This document shows, one piece after another, positions 27,305-40,750 of a stretch of 64,000 nt of DNA. Both the position numbers and the translations under genes were made by a program. Numbering within the stretch: position 1 is the stretch's first letter; each line of letters starts with the position of its first letter. The stretch comes from Geosiphon pyriformis uo1. Its lineage: Eukaryota; Fungi; Glomeromycota. The notes below the pieces were generated by a model. The model had not been told where the DNA came from and searched no databases. It was given only the letters and a program-made list of their open reading frames with translations. The DNA is taken from positions 62,001 through 126,000 of the forward strand of contig JAAOMT010000675.1 in the NCBI GenBank assembly GCA_016748015.1. The letters are read 5' to 3'.

Positions 27305-29125
27305 CCAGTTAATATGGCAGAGAAAAAAGTTATTAACAAGAAAAAAATTATCTCCATCCATCAATCAATTTCCATTCTATTATATAATTAGTACATGTTA
27401 GCTATTGAAAAAAAAGTAAAAGATTAGGCTCAAATTTTTGAAGTAGAAACTACAATTTGTGAATCAAAAAAGATTGAACTCACCAATTTTTACATACCAA
27501 CCAAAAGCCCAAAACACATAAAAATTCCTATTCACAACACAACTAAAGATGTTATTGAGATACCAAAAAGAACTACCATAGGATATTTAAGCACTAAAGT
27601 CGAAAAACAACCACCAAGCACCATTTCAGATTTTCTACAACTGTGTAGATATGTAGATATCACATCACAAACAATATACAGATGAAAAAAATGTTATTTG
27701 CTTTAATTAAAACAATTGAAATAAATGAACTTGGAAAATTTAGACCCATTTTAAAGAATGCAACTCAAAATATTACTCAACAATTTTACAGATATTTTTG
27801 CAAATGAAAATAAATTTGGCAGAACTGATATTATCCAACATTAAATCAAGACTGAAAATACAATGCCAATCAAACAAAAAGCATACAGAGTACCACCAGC
27901 CAGCCATAAAATCATTTGACAGAAAATCAATCAAATGTTAAATAATAGATTAATTTAACTATCAATGAGTTCATGGTTATTACCAATAGTACTAGTCTAT
28001 TAGAAAAATGGAAAAATTCACTTTTGTGTGGATTACAGAAAACTCAACAGTATTATTCATAGAGATAGCTATTCAACTCCATGAATTCAGAAATTATTTG
28101 ATGCTTTTGGAGAAAAAAAATGGTTTTCAATATTAGATCTAAACAGTAGTTACTGGCAAATAGCCATAAAACCAGAAAACAAAGAGAAAACTACATTTAC
28201 AACAAGAGAAGAAAATTTTGAATTTGAAATTATGCTATTTGGTTTAACTAATGCACTGGCCATATTCTAATAGCTAATGGAAATTGTTTATACTAGACTG
28301 CTATAGAAATCAGTAATGGTCTACTTAAATAACACCAGAATATTCTCAAAAACATTTAACAATTATTTTCATCATCTACAACAAGTGTTTGAAAGACTAA
28401 GATGAGCAGAACTAAAGTTAAATGCTACCAAATACTTCTTTGACAAAACAGAATTGAAATTTTTGGAATATATTGTAAGCAAAAACAGCATCAAAACAGA
28501 TCCAAATAAAATTAAAATAGTCAAGAACTTTTTAGTACCAACAAATTTGATGAAACTATGAGCATTCTTAGGATTTGCTAGATATTACTGCCACTTTATT
28601 CAGAACTTCTCCAAACTGGCTCAACCACTCCACCAGCTTCAAGCCAAGAATATGAAATATAAATGGACTGAAGAACAACAAAAAGCATTCAACACTTTAA
28701 GAAAAAAGTTCATCCAAACACTAATATTAATCTATTCAGACTACAGCAAGTCATTTATCATTATTACTAATGTATTAGGTCAAGCATTGGGAGTAGTATT
28801 ATCACAAAAAAGACCAAATAGAAGAGAACACTCAATAGCATACACTAGCCAAAATTTAAGTCCAGCTGAAAAGAACTATAAAACACCAGCACTAAAACAT
28901 TTAGTTATCTATTAGGCAGTTATAAAATAGAAAGAATACTTAAGCCAGAAATTCGATATCTATACTAATTACAAAAGATTGACATCAATCCAGAAGCAAA
29001 AATTTGGAAATGATTGCCATGCTAAATAGAAAATAAAACTTTTACCATTTAAATATACAGTACATTACAAAAAAGAAAAAAAAAACAGAAATACTGACAG
29101 TTTGTTACAAATAAAACAAATTTAA
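27305..29125 (+). pseudogene. E2 pol: dUTPase-like repeat, RT, RNase H
   Basis: FCVDYRKLN, YWQIAI, FLGFARYYC, ORF 28652-28915; stop at 29123-29125. Confidence 0.88.
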
Positions 29126-29155
29126 AAACATTCTAATCCAAAAATATAACAAAAA

Positions 29156-30538
29156 ATGAATACACAAAAATATGAACAACTTCAACACTATATTAATACC
29201 CAGCAGTTTAAGGAAAAATTATTTCCAAAGGAACAAAACAACATAAAACAACAATCAAAATATTTTATTACTTATCAAAACATACTATATTGGAAAAACA
29301 GAAAAAATCCAGATCAATTACTCAGAGTAATTACAGAACCAAAGAAAGAAACAATACTGTACAACATGTACTCAAATCTAACAGCAAAATATTTTCATAA
29401 AAAAGCAACCATAGAAAAAACCAGAAAAAGATATTATTGACCATCAATGTATCTAGATATCATCCAATACATTCAAAATTGTGATGTTTGTCAAAGAAAA
29501 AGAGGAACAAGACCCAGTAAACCACTAAAACCAATTAAAATGGGACAACTATTTGATAGAATTGAAATTGACTTAGTTGAACTATTAACAATAACCAGCA
29601 GAAGAAATCATTATATAGTAGTAGTTATGAATTATCTTACCAAATGGCCAAAGACAAAAGCAATTCAAAGAGTGAATGCAGAATCTATAGCCAAATTTGT
29701 TTACCAAGATTTGAATTGTCAACATGAATGTTTAAAAGAATTGTTATCAAATCAAAAAACTCATTTTGTAAACAGAACACTAACAGAATTAAGCCAAAGA
29801 TTTGAAATCAAAAAACCATTATCATTGCCATATCATCTACAAACAAATGGTTTAGTGGAAAGATTCAACAGAACATTATGTGAAGCAATAACTAAAATCA
29901 GTCAAAAAAACCAAAATGAATAGAATTTGTTTATACTATTAGTACTATTTGCTTATAGAACAATGAAACAAGATACCACACAAGCAACATCATTTAAACT
30001 TGTTTATAGTAGAACAGCAATTTTACTAGTTAAGATAGACATTAATACATATTCAACAGAATCAATAACAGAAGCTAATTTACAAAAAACATTGCTGAAA
30101 AAAACATATAAACTAATAGAAACACTAGAAAACAAAAGATAAAGAGCAGTTGATAACATTCAAAAGTCACAAAAAAAACAAAAAAAACAACATGATAACC
30201 AATTACCAGATAAACCAGTTGAATTCAGAATTGGAAACAAAGTACTCTTATATTGTACTAAAATGGAAAAACAATGGAGTGGAAAATTTGATCTCAAATG
30301 GAATAGACCATTTTACATAAAAAAAATTCTAGGAAATAGAGCTTATAAATTAAGATGAAACAACAAAATCTTAATTAAAGCAGCACATAATGATCAACTA
30401 AAACCATATCACAATATAGCATCATTATTTACTAGTAATATTCCACAACTAAGAGTACAACAAATATTAGTTCAACCAGATGAGATCTTATGAGATCTGG
30501 AACCAATTATAATCATTGATTTAAATGCATCAAATTAA
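29156..30538 (+). pseudogene. E2 integrase (own ATG, MNTQKY)
   Basis: ORFs 29156-29440, 29447-29923 and 29927-30142 in one frame; CDVC, IDLV, NGLVERFNRTL. Confidence 0.92.
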
Positions 30539-30567
30539 TCAACCAAAAGAGTATATAAGGACAAAAT

Positions 30568-31224
30568 ATATATAACAAAGAACCAAAGAAAATAGAAATA
30601 CTAGACCATATTTACATTTTAGCTCAAAAATTATTTTAGGCCTTAAATCAACAACAATTGGACATGAAAATCACCATTAACCACTAAACAATCTGCTATT
30701 GAAATATCAAGCAAAAAAAAAATACATCATACCAGCAACCACAGAACCAATTAAAAAACTGGTTAAATAAAATAATAGAAAAAGTGAAGAACACTTTTGA
30801 GAAAATATCTATCATAATTCCAACAGAAGAACTTTCAAAAGAAAATTAGAAACAGTAGATAGAACAGCTTCTAATACCATACTGCTACTATTAGTTGGGA
30901 CAAAAGTTGGATATTTAGAAATTATATCTTAATAAAGCCAAAAAAATATTCAATCAAGAGATAATACAGAATATTAAAGACATTATTGGAAAGAAAACAA
31001 ATCTAACACTATACATTAAAACAATCTATCAATTACACACAATATTTCAAAACTACCCAGAAATATTACTACACTTCAACATGAAAACAATAATTATTAA
31101 CCAGTAGGAAAGAATGAACAACTCATAAATTGAAGATATAAGAACCAGAGTTGAACAAATGATATTAGAAAGAAAAGTTATAGAACTAATTCAAAATGAA
31201 GATTTCAACAGAGCTCAATATTAA
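30568..31224 (+). pseudogene. E2 ORF3, decayed
   Basis: KIEILDHIYILAQKLF .. DFNRAQY*; the stop abuts the PPT. Confidence 0.7.
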
Positions 31225-31238
31225 AAAGGAGGAGATAA

Positions 31239-32121
31239 TATTATTCATAGAAAAAGCATACAAGAAATAATAGAAAAAACAGATAGACCATTAGGAGAAT
31301 AGTAGTTAACATATAAGCACATTGCTTAGCAATGTGGAGTATTGTCAAGAATTATGGCACATTGCTCAGTAATGTGAAGCAATATTAGAAAATTAAAACA
31401 CATTGTTCAAGAAATTATAATACATTGCTTGAAAATGTGAGTAATTTTATAGAACCCAAATTATGTATATATAACAAAAGCATTAAAAACAGAAAAGATA
31501 GACTGAACAGAATAGAATTAATACCAAGATCTCTCAGTTAAGAATATCTTAGTTAAAATTATAAATATTAATAAATAATTATTCACCATCTAAATTATTT
31601 TCTCCACTATTAATACTTTATGTTGATAGTATCCAATACTTGATCACACTGAAACAATAGCTTTTGATTATAGCTATTGACAGAATACTAACTCTTTTTT
31701 GTCTTGGCTTATTTCTTTTTTTTCTTTTTTTTTTCTTTTGTTATTTACTAATTAATTAAAAGAATTAATATGCAGAGTACTGACATCAAGAGATAGTACT
31801 GGTAAAAAACCCAAAAATAATAATAGACACTCAGATTTGAAGATAGCTTATTAGAAGATTGCCAGCCATTATATTGAGAAAAAAATTGACAGAATTGCGA
31901 TTTCAGAAAGCAACAGATAACAAAGCACACCAACTTGAAAGTTGAAGAAATTAAAAACATTACACTAAGATACCAACATTGAATTTCTGTCTATTATACA
32001 AAAAACTCAACCAAAACCTTAAGATATAAAAACCTTTAGCTATTACTAATAAGATTGGCTATTAAACACCAAGTTATAAGTTTGTTATTTAATTCAAAAC
32101 CCCAAATAATTACCTGTAACA
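31239..32121 (+). repeat. E2 3' LTR
   Basis: Pairs with 13259-14173; preceded by the PPT. Confidence 0.92.
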
Positions 32122-32301
32122 GTATCATTGTGGAGGTTGATAAATGATCTGATTGTTAACTAAGTATTCCTCAATTTTTTGGTTAATTGAACCACTGAAT
32201 TGTTTCAATTTTGAGTTTAAGTTAAATAATCTATTTATCACTAGATTTATAGCTTAGACATGATTGGCTTTAAGTTTAGCTAATTCAAAGTCTTTTGGCA
32301 T

Positions 32302-33219
32302 TATTACTCATAGAATATAGAAATTATATATTAGTATACAAATTAGCTAATTAGAATGAGATGCAATAAAAGTGGAATTCCAGAATTTTTCTTAAAAAAA
32401 TTATAGAATTCCAGAATTACAGGATTCTAGTAAGAAGAATTACAAAATTACAGAATTACAGGATCCCTTTCAAGGAATTACAGGATTCTAGAAATTTTAG
32501 GATTTTTGGCTAAGGAATTAAGGAATTTAAAGAATCTCATATAATAAAAATTATGTATATATAGCAATAGTATTAGAAGCAAAAAGAGCAGAATCTCTAA
32601 GTTAGAATCCTTAGTTTAGAACTTCTAGTTCCAATCTCTATCTATCTTTTTATATAATAGTATTCTATGACTTAAAGTAAAAACATCAAATATTAATAAA
32701 ATACTTATTAAATTATTATTATATATTTTTCTGCTATCAACAACTCATATTGATAGTTATTAATACTTAACTGCATTAGACTAATAGCTCTTGATCACAG
32801 CTATTGATAAGATACTGACTTTTTCTTGCTTTGGCTTATTTCTTTATTTTATTTTCTTTTTTTTTCTTTTTTTCTTTTGTTTTGTTATTATTTACTAATT
32901 AATTAAAGATTAATACACAGAGTTATTGATGTCAAGTGATTGGTAAAAGACCCAGAAATAAGAGTAGAACACTTATGAATTGAGGATAGCTTATCAGGAA
33001 AATTACTGGCCATTACACTAAGAAAAAAATTTGATGGAATTGTGATTCTGAAAAGCAATAAATAAAAACAATACTTGAATCTTTGTTTATTATACAAAGA
33101 ACTCCACCAAAACCTTTAGATATAAAAACCTTCAGATATCATCAAACATAATTTAGCTATTGAGCACCAAGTTACAGGTTTGTTATTTGTTTCTACATCC
33201 CAAATAATCACTTATAACA
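32302..33219 (+). repeat. E5 5' LTR
   Basis: TATTAC..TAACA followed by PBS TGGTGCTCCCTGTAAG. Confidence 0.9.
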
Positions 33220-33281
33220 TTTGGTGCTCCCTGTAAGATATAATCTTACAAAGAACCAGTACCAATAACAATTATTCAAAA

Positions 33282-36200
33282 GTGGCAGAATAAAAAAAAA
33301 GAGAAACAAACTATTTAAGATTTACCAAATCTTTATTTTAATACTACTGTCAATACTTAGGATTAATCAACAACCAACTATTAGTGAAATTAGCTTTCAA
33401 CTTTTACATCAATAAAAAAATTAAAAATTTTTTAGGAGAATCAGTAAATACAAAATCAGCAAGAGGAAATTTCTACAGCAAATTAATTCAATATATCAGC
33501 TTACCAGTAAATTACAACTTTGTACCAATTATTACCAAAATCAACTGAGAAATTGAAAATTACACCCAACAAATATTTCCTATTACTTACATAGAAAAAG
33601 ACAAAAAAACTACAAATACTAGCAGAAATACCAAAAAAAATACAACTGCCTATTTGAAAGAAACCAAGAATAGTTTTTCTCATTCACTCATTATACTACC
33701 ATATATCAGAAAGTATCATCAACATAACATTAGCAAACACATTCACATTAACTGTGAGAACATTATCAGCAAGAATAACATTCCAAAGCAACCAAAAAAA
33801 GCCAATGTATTAGGAACTTATGTCAATTATTTTGAAAAATTTAAATCATAATTATCAATACTATCAGGATTTTGATTACAACCACTCCAACCAGATTTTG
33901 AAACCACTAGTTCTTGAGAAATAATAGAATTAGAAGAAAAAGAAGACAGAAATTAGGAATTTAATTATCAAAACCCAATCCCAAGAAACCTGAAAATTCA
34001 AACTCTAATTGTTCCAACTCAATCAAATCCAAACAATATAAACTCTGCCACTATTGTTTACCAAAACTTACCTTTAGTGATTGTGATAGATTTACTACCA
34101 GTTGCATCAATTGCCAAACAGCAATAACAACAGTCACAACTACTATTTTAGCAGTAGTTTCAACAGCAATCACAATCATAACAACAACTACTATTAGCAC
34201 TAATAGCATATGTACTAATTACAAAACTTGAAAAATTTACCAGCAAAGAAGACAATACACAAATATGACTCAATAATATAGAAAAAACCATTGCAGCCAA
34301 TAGATAGGATAACATCAAAGCATTACAGATGATTCCATATTTTCTTCAGAATACTGCCAATTTATGATATCAAAGCCTAATCCAGAAATTCCAAGACTTT
34401 AACACATTCAAAATTGAATTTTTAAGATATTTTAGTAATAATAATAGTATCAATTGCCTAGCAAATATTTTCACAACTATTAAACAAAAAGAAACTAAAG
34501 CAGTCACCATTTACCTAGAACACTTTTATAGAAGTCTACACCAAATACAAGCAATTAATGCAAACTACTTTACCATGCCACAAATTTTGAATCAATTTAT
34601 TTGTAACCTATGCAGTAGTCTCCTACAACATGTATGTCTAATGCACTTACAAACACTCTAAGATGCCATCATTTATGCCAAAGATTTCAAATTAGCTAAA
34701 TTCAAAGCTAATCATGCCCAAGCTGTTAATTTAGTAATAAACAGATTATCTAAATTGAACTCTAAGTTGAAACAATTCAGTGATTCCATTAATCAAAAAT
34801 TAGAGAAATACTTAACTAACAATCAGATTATCTATCAACCTCCACAATAACACAATAATTAAAAAAACTCAAATCAGTTCCAAAATCAATTATATCCCTC
34901 ATTGTCAACCAATCAATCATGGCAGCCAGAAATGTGTATCTGCCACAATTGTAATAAACAAGAACACATCAGAATTGACTGCCATTATAATGATAACTCA
35001 CAATTGAAAAATCAATATAAAAATCCCAATTGCCAGTTTCAAACTCTGAATTATTTACTAAATCAGGATCAATATTAACTTCATTACTTACAAATAATAC
35101 AACAACCAATATACATATCTCCAATCTATTAAACACCAAACCCAGTCATTTATTAACCATAGCTACCAATAGTCTATCAACCCCAATCTATTCCAATACT
35201 GTCACAAAATCTAGCTTAGATGTCATTTAAAAACCAAAGACCAAGAATTATACATATTCATTAAAACTAAAGATTGACAATAGTAATATACCAACCAATT
35301 TCCAGTTTATTAAGTCAATCATTAGAATCTTGCCAGTAGAATTTGAAAACTGAATACAATCAAAATCCAAATTTTCAAAACTATTTAAGTCTTCTGGTTA
35401 CTCCAAAAAACGTTAAACTTAGCAAACAGGAACCCAATTAAATCCAGCTACTTACTAATAATATATTTTTAGCCACTATTACTGAAACAAATTACTTACC
35501 ACTATTTTTTCTTTCAAACTAAAGGAACCAGTCAAAATACTATTATTTAGTGGAGCCACTCTTGAATTAAAACTCATTACTGTAATGTATACAGATACCA
35601 AAGTTGATGGTCAATTTATCAAACTAATCCTAGACAGTAGATCAGCCAGCAGCATTATTACATGACAACTCATGAACCAATTAGGTTGCCAAGTTGATCA
35701 TGTTATCAGTGCCAGAATTATTACAGCTGATAGAGCAACTAAAACCTCTATCAGCAAGATTGACAACTTCCTATTTAAAGTCAATAGTATTGTCATGCCC
35801 ATAAAAGTCTTTGTGATAGAAGCCACCTAATACCAAACATTAGTTAGTAATAACTGGCTATCCAAAACCCAAGCAGTACTCAATTAAACCATACAGAAGC
35901 TCTAGCTCAATCAAAATAGTCAACATATGTGAATACTGGCAACTTGTGAACACTTCAAATTCAATACATCAGTACCATTAATAAAGTTAGAAAAAGAAGA
36001 AAAGAAACCTATCTGAAAAGCCTATTAAGTTTTGTAGACTAACACTAATCACAACCATCTACCACTAGTACCTATCTGAAAAAAAAAGAAAACAAAAAAA
36101 AAGAAAAAAACTCCAAGCAATTATCTCTACATAAACATCTTATACCACCACTACTCAACTACAGCCAAACTATTATTGATCCAAGCTAATTTGCATCAAT

Positions 36201-37151
36201 TGTGGCAAAAAATTGTTAACAATAGATGTATGTTGTGATAATGATAAGGAATGACCAATGACCACAAAATACTACTACTGCCTATGTGTTCTTAAATGCT
36301 TTGGATGACCAAAAAGACAAAAAAAATAGGACAACAAATTATGTCTTGCTTATAAAAAAACTCTTCTAGACAAAAGAATATGGAATGACATTTCTGGTCA
36401 GAGAAAAACATGTGACAAATCATGTCAATACACAATTCTAATCAGTAATTGGATGAGAAAAAAAATGCCCATAGATGTTGTCTGGAAAAGAGCTGTAAAA
36501 TGTCTAAATAGTTGTTCATACAATAATAATAAAATATAAAGAATGGCAATTGCCAAAATAAAAAATGTGACATCAGAAGAAATCAAAGTAATCAAAAATA
36601 ACCTACTAGAACCAGAAGAAATCATTTGGGTCTCAAATTCTGATATTATTGTCAACATAATAAATTCCAAGCAATTCCATAAACACTACCAAAAATTAGC
36701 ACTTACTAGAAAGAAACAAGAGCAATATTTAAAACAACTAAATACCTGATTTTGTAATTACTGTTTAATACTATGTGACTTTCAGTATTGTAATAATTGT
36801 GATCTCATCTACAATCCACCACCATGAATAATCTATTCAATTTCTGAAAAAAAAGAGCCAATTAGTAAGTATACAGTGAAATCAGAATCAAAGTTCAATT
36901 CTGATTTAAACTCCAACAATAATAACAATAATAATGGTTTCAGCTTTATTCAATATGGCAATAACAACAGTAAAAATTCAAACTCTGATTTAAACTCAGA
37001 ACAATATATCATGTTTTCTAATCTTTCAAAAGAACAAAAACTCAAATAGTTCAGTAATAATAATAAAAATATTATGCCAGAACACATACATAATACTGAT
37101 GTGAATTTTGATCTGAGATACTCAGGAAAAATGCCATCAAATTGAAACCAC
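33282..37151 (+). pseudogene. E5 gag, protease, Cys-rich insert and start of dUTPase
   Basis: CHNCNKQEHIRIDC knuckle near 34941; LILDSRSAS protease near 35625; cut at 37151 by an LTR-A. Confidence 0.87.
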
Positions 37152-38124
37152 TGTTACCAATAGAATTTTAGTCATTAATTAGCATAAAATTACTCTTATA
37201 ATTCCTATTATTAATTAGCATACATTATTATTATTCGATTATTACTTATTATTTAATTAAATTATCAAATATTATTACTTAATTAATAATCTAATTTGTA
37301 CTATAGAAATTAAGATGATTAAATTACACAATATCTTGAACCATTTAACATAGTCAAAATTCGCCGAAATTAATAGAAATTGGCCGAAATAATCAATAGT
37401 TCAGTAAAATAACTTTTAGTTTGCCAAAATATATCTTTAGTTTACCCAAATTGTAGCAAAGAGAAAAGTACAAGTTCAAAGACTAGTACCACAATAAGTT
37501 GTATAAAAGAAGAGCTTCTTTCTTCATGAAAATATATCTTCTCATAGTATTTTACCATAATATCTTACTTTAGATATCTTAATTAGAACAAATCATTTTT
37601 TACACATTCAAATAAAATAAAAAAATATTCAAAAACCAAATCCTTTAATTATTACATTTGAAATTCTCTCAACACAACTAACATTTTGAAATTAATTAGC
37701 TACCAATTTTAGTAATCTGTTAGTGACTTCAGACCTGGATAGAAAACGTTTTCTTTGACAAAATTCTATTTCTTTTATATTTCTTTTATTTTTTTTTCTT
37801 TTTCTTATTATAATTATTAGAATAGCCTACAGACAAGATTTCTGTAGAAGAGTTAACTTTTACAGCAAAGTAACTACACATTTTTGGTGAGCTTCTAGAC
37901 AAGCAATTTCTGAGAAAGAGTTGACATTCACTACAACATAACTACACAAAGTAACTGGCATGGAATTGGCTATTCCACTTATAAGCCCAGCAATTTAAAT
38001 TATAAGAGATAATTTGAAGATAAATTCAGTTATTGAAGGTTCAACTGCTTTCAAAAAACGTGAAATTAGCAACAGACAAGCATTAACAATATTCAAAAAA
38101 AGAGACCAAAAACCTCCAGTAACA
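37152..38124 (+). repeat. E6 5' LTR (family A)
   Basis: TGTTAC..TAACA followed by a short PBS at 38127. Confidence 0.9.
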
Positions 38125-38169
38125 TTTGGTGCTTTCTTACAAAAATAACACAGCAATAATAACTTCAAA

Positions 38170-39235
38170 GTGGTGACCACACCAGACACAACAACTCTAG
38201 AGTATTATCAGTCAATTTACACTTATTACAAGCAGAGATTCAATATTTCAGACGGAATTGAAATTGTTAAGAAGACACTTTACCAGTATATTGAAAACTG
38301 CATCAACAATTATTTTCTTGAAAATTACAACATTTCAGAAGTTAGAAGCAATCTCTACAATAATTTAGTGCATTATTTACAGTTAGGAACTGAAGACCTT
38401 AATAGTAAAACACTTGTCACCTACTTCTAAGAACTTAATTTTAACATTATCAAGTATTGTGAAGAAACATATTTAGTACAGTTTAAATATTCTATTGACT
38501 TTGAATTAGAGACAGAAACAAGCAACAAAGACAAACAAAAACTAAAACAACAATCAAGTACCACCCCAAATACTCCAAAGACACCAAAGACAACTGCCAA
38601 ACACTTACAAACACCTGAACAAAGAACCAGTATCAAATTACCACTTTCTATTACACTATTTCTAATTTTATTTGCTCAACCACAAACACCAAATTCACCA
38701 CTTAACCATTTCTCCAGACCAGAAAATTTTCAGTCACCTAGAAATCCTACTTAACAGCAAGAACCAATATCAACCAGCACCAATTTTCTTAATTACTTAC
38801 AGGAAAACAAAAGTAATTATTCAGAGAACCTGGAAAGTAAAAAAACCGAATTAGAACCAGAAAAAACTACAGAAAATAAAGAGGAAATGACAACTGCTTT
38901 TATTGCAAAAAATCCTAGAATTTACCAGTGAAAATAATGATACCAGCTCTTAAGAATGGCTTGACAAAGTTCAAAAAACAGCAGATACAAATGGTTGGAA
39001 TGCAGTAAGAATGCTTAAAACAATCTCATACTTTTTCCAAAGAACTACAAAAGAATGGTTTGAAAACTTAGAAGAACCATTTGAAAACTGACAAACATTC
39101 AAAGATGCTTTTTTACAATAATTCACTGACAACAACACCTCTATTACTCTTGACAATTGCTTTCACAATATCAAACAAGAAATATTTGAAACTGTTATGA
39201 CCTATCTTGAGAGATTTAACAAACTTCTTTGATAA
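38170..39235 (+). pseudogene. E6 gag, N-terminal part
   Basis: EWLDKVQKTADTNGWNAVRMLKTISYF capsid-like segment. Confidence 0.8.
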
Positions 39236-40049
39236 TATTACAGATAAATATTTGGGGTCTCAAATCAAATAACAAAACCCATAACTTGGTGTTCAAAAGC
39301 TATTTCGCAATAATGGTAATCTGAAGGTTTTGGTTGAGTTCTTTGTATAATGGACAAAGATTCAATAGTTGTTTCAGTAGCCTCCTAAAATTGCAATTCT
39401 ATCAAATTTTTTTCTCAGCATGGTGGCCAGTAATCCTTCTGATAAGCTATCCTTAAATCTATGAGTGTTCTATCCTTGTTTCACGAGTCTTTTACCAGTC
39501 TCTATGATGTCTGTATTTTAGTGCTTTAATTCTTTAATCAATTAGTAAATAACAACAAAAGAAAAAAAATAAAATAAAAGAAATAAAAAATAAGAAATAA
39601 GCCAAGGCAATAATGGTTAGTATCCTATCAATAGCCATGATCAAAAGCTATTGTTCTAGTGTGGTTAAGTATCAATTACTATCAACATGAAGTGTTGATA
39701 GTGGAGAGTGAATTTAAGATAGAAAATAATGATTTATTAATATTTGTAAATTGGAAGGTCACTTAGATTAAATCTAACTAAGAGGTCTGTTTTTTTTATT
39801 TCTAATACTATCACTATATATACATAATTGAGATTCCTCAATTTCTCAATTCTTCACTCCAGGAATCCTGCAATTCTTTTGAGAAAAATCTTGGAATTCT
39901 AGAATCCTGTGATTTTTTGTATAAGAATCCTGAAATTCCTGGAATTCTGCAATTCCTTTAAGAGAAATTCTGGAATTCCACATTTACTATGGTTACTTCT
40001 AATTGGCTAATTTATATACTAATATACTTTCTATATTCTATGAATAACA
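39236..40049 (-). repeat. E7 3' LTR
   Basis: Pairs with 48363-49193; PPT adjacent. Confidence 0.93.
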
Positions 40050-40062
40050 TTATTTCCTCCTT

Positions 40063-40717
40063 TTAATATTGAGCTCCATCAAAATCTTCTAATTCTAATT
40101 TTCCATCTTTGAGTATTTCTTGAACTTTTTTTTCAAGAATTATTTGTGCTATCTTGTTCTGTAATTCTTCAAATTAAGCATTGATTATTTTTCCCATTTG
40201 GTTAATGGTAATGAAGTTCATTTCTGGATTGAGTAAGATTTCTGGTTGATCTTGAAATCCAGTGTATAGCTAATAAATAGCTCTTGTTTGTGTGGTCAAA
40301 TTGTTCTTCCCCACAAATTGTTCCAGTTGTTGTAGTATTGTTGTGTCAAATAATTGTTTTGTTTTATCTGTGTACAAGCTCTGAATGTTCAAGTGTTGTC
40401 TTAAATAAAAGTAACAAAAGTTTCTTGGAAATTGTTGTATCCACCAATTCCAAGTTTCTATAGTCAATTCTTGATATTGGGTGACTTTTGGTTGTTTTTC
40501 TATTGCCAATTTCATTTTTGTGATTATTTTGTTAACAGTGTTTTCTGTTTTTCTCCATATTTTATCTTGTAGTTTTTTTCTGGTGTTTGTGTATTTGATA
40601 GTTTGTTGATTGATTGTAATTTCCATTTTTTGTTGTTGGATCAGTTAAAAGAGTTGTTGTGCTAGTAAGTGAATGCTATCTGTAATCTCTATTTTCTGCT
40701 GTTTTTTGTTATGTATA
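40063..40717 (-). pseudogene. E7 ORF3 (unknown ~220 aa protein)
   Basis: Includes ORF 40270-40626 (MEITINQQTI..WNWWIQQFPRNFCYF); ends DFDGAQY*. Confidence 0.75.
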
Positions 40718-40750
40718 CCATGTTTTTATATACTCTTTGGTTGTTCAATT

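Larger units (their letters stand above)
13259..32121 (+). mobile_element. E2: Ty3/Gypsy element with both LTRs, hosting nested E3; inserted in gag of E4
   Basis: Paired LTRs 13259-14173 and 31239-32121; TSD GTGT/GTAT; PBS; PPT AAAAAGGAGGAGA. Confidence 0.92.

Noticed and set aside
30568-31224. env gene (endogenous errantivirus-like)
   Set aside because: Too short; no signal peptide, furin site or transmembrane helix visible.
32762-32806. U1 snRNA mimic (ATACTTA..GATCAC)
   Set aside because: Lacks ACCTG after ATACTT, the GAAG of loop I and the downstream U1 stems; resemblance too short to support.
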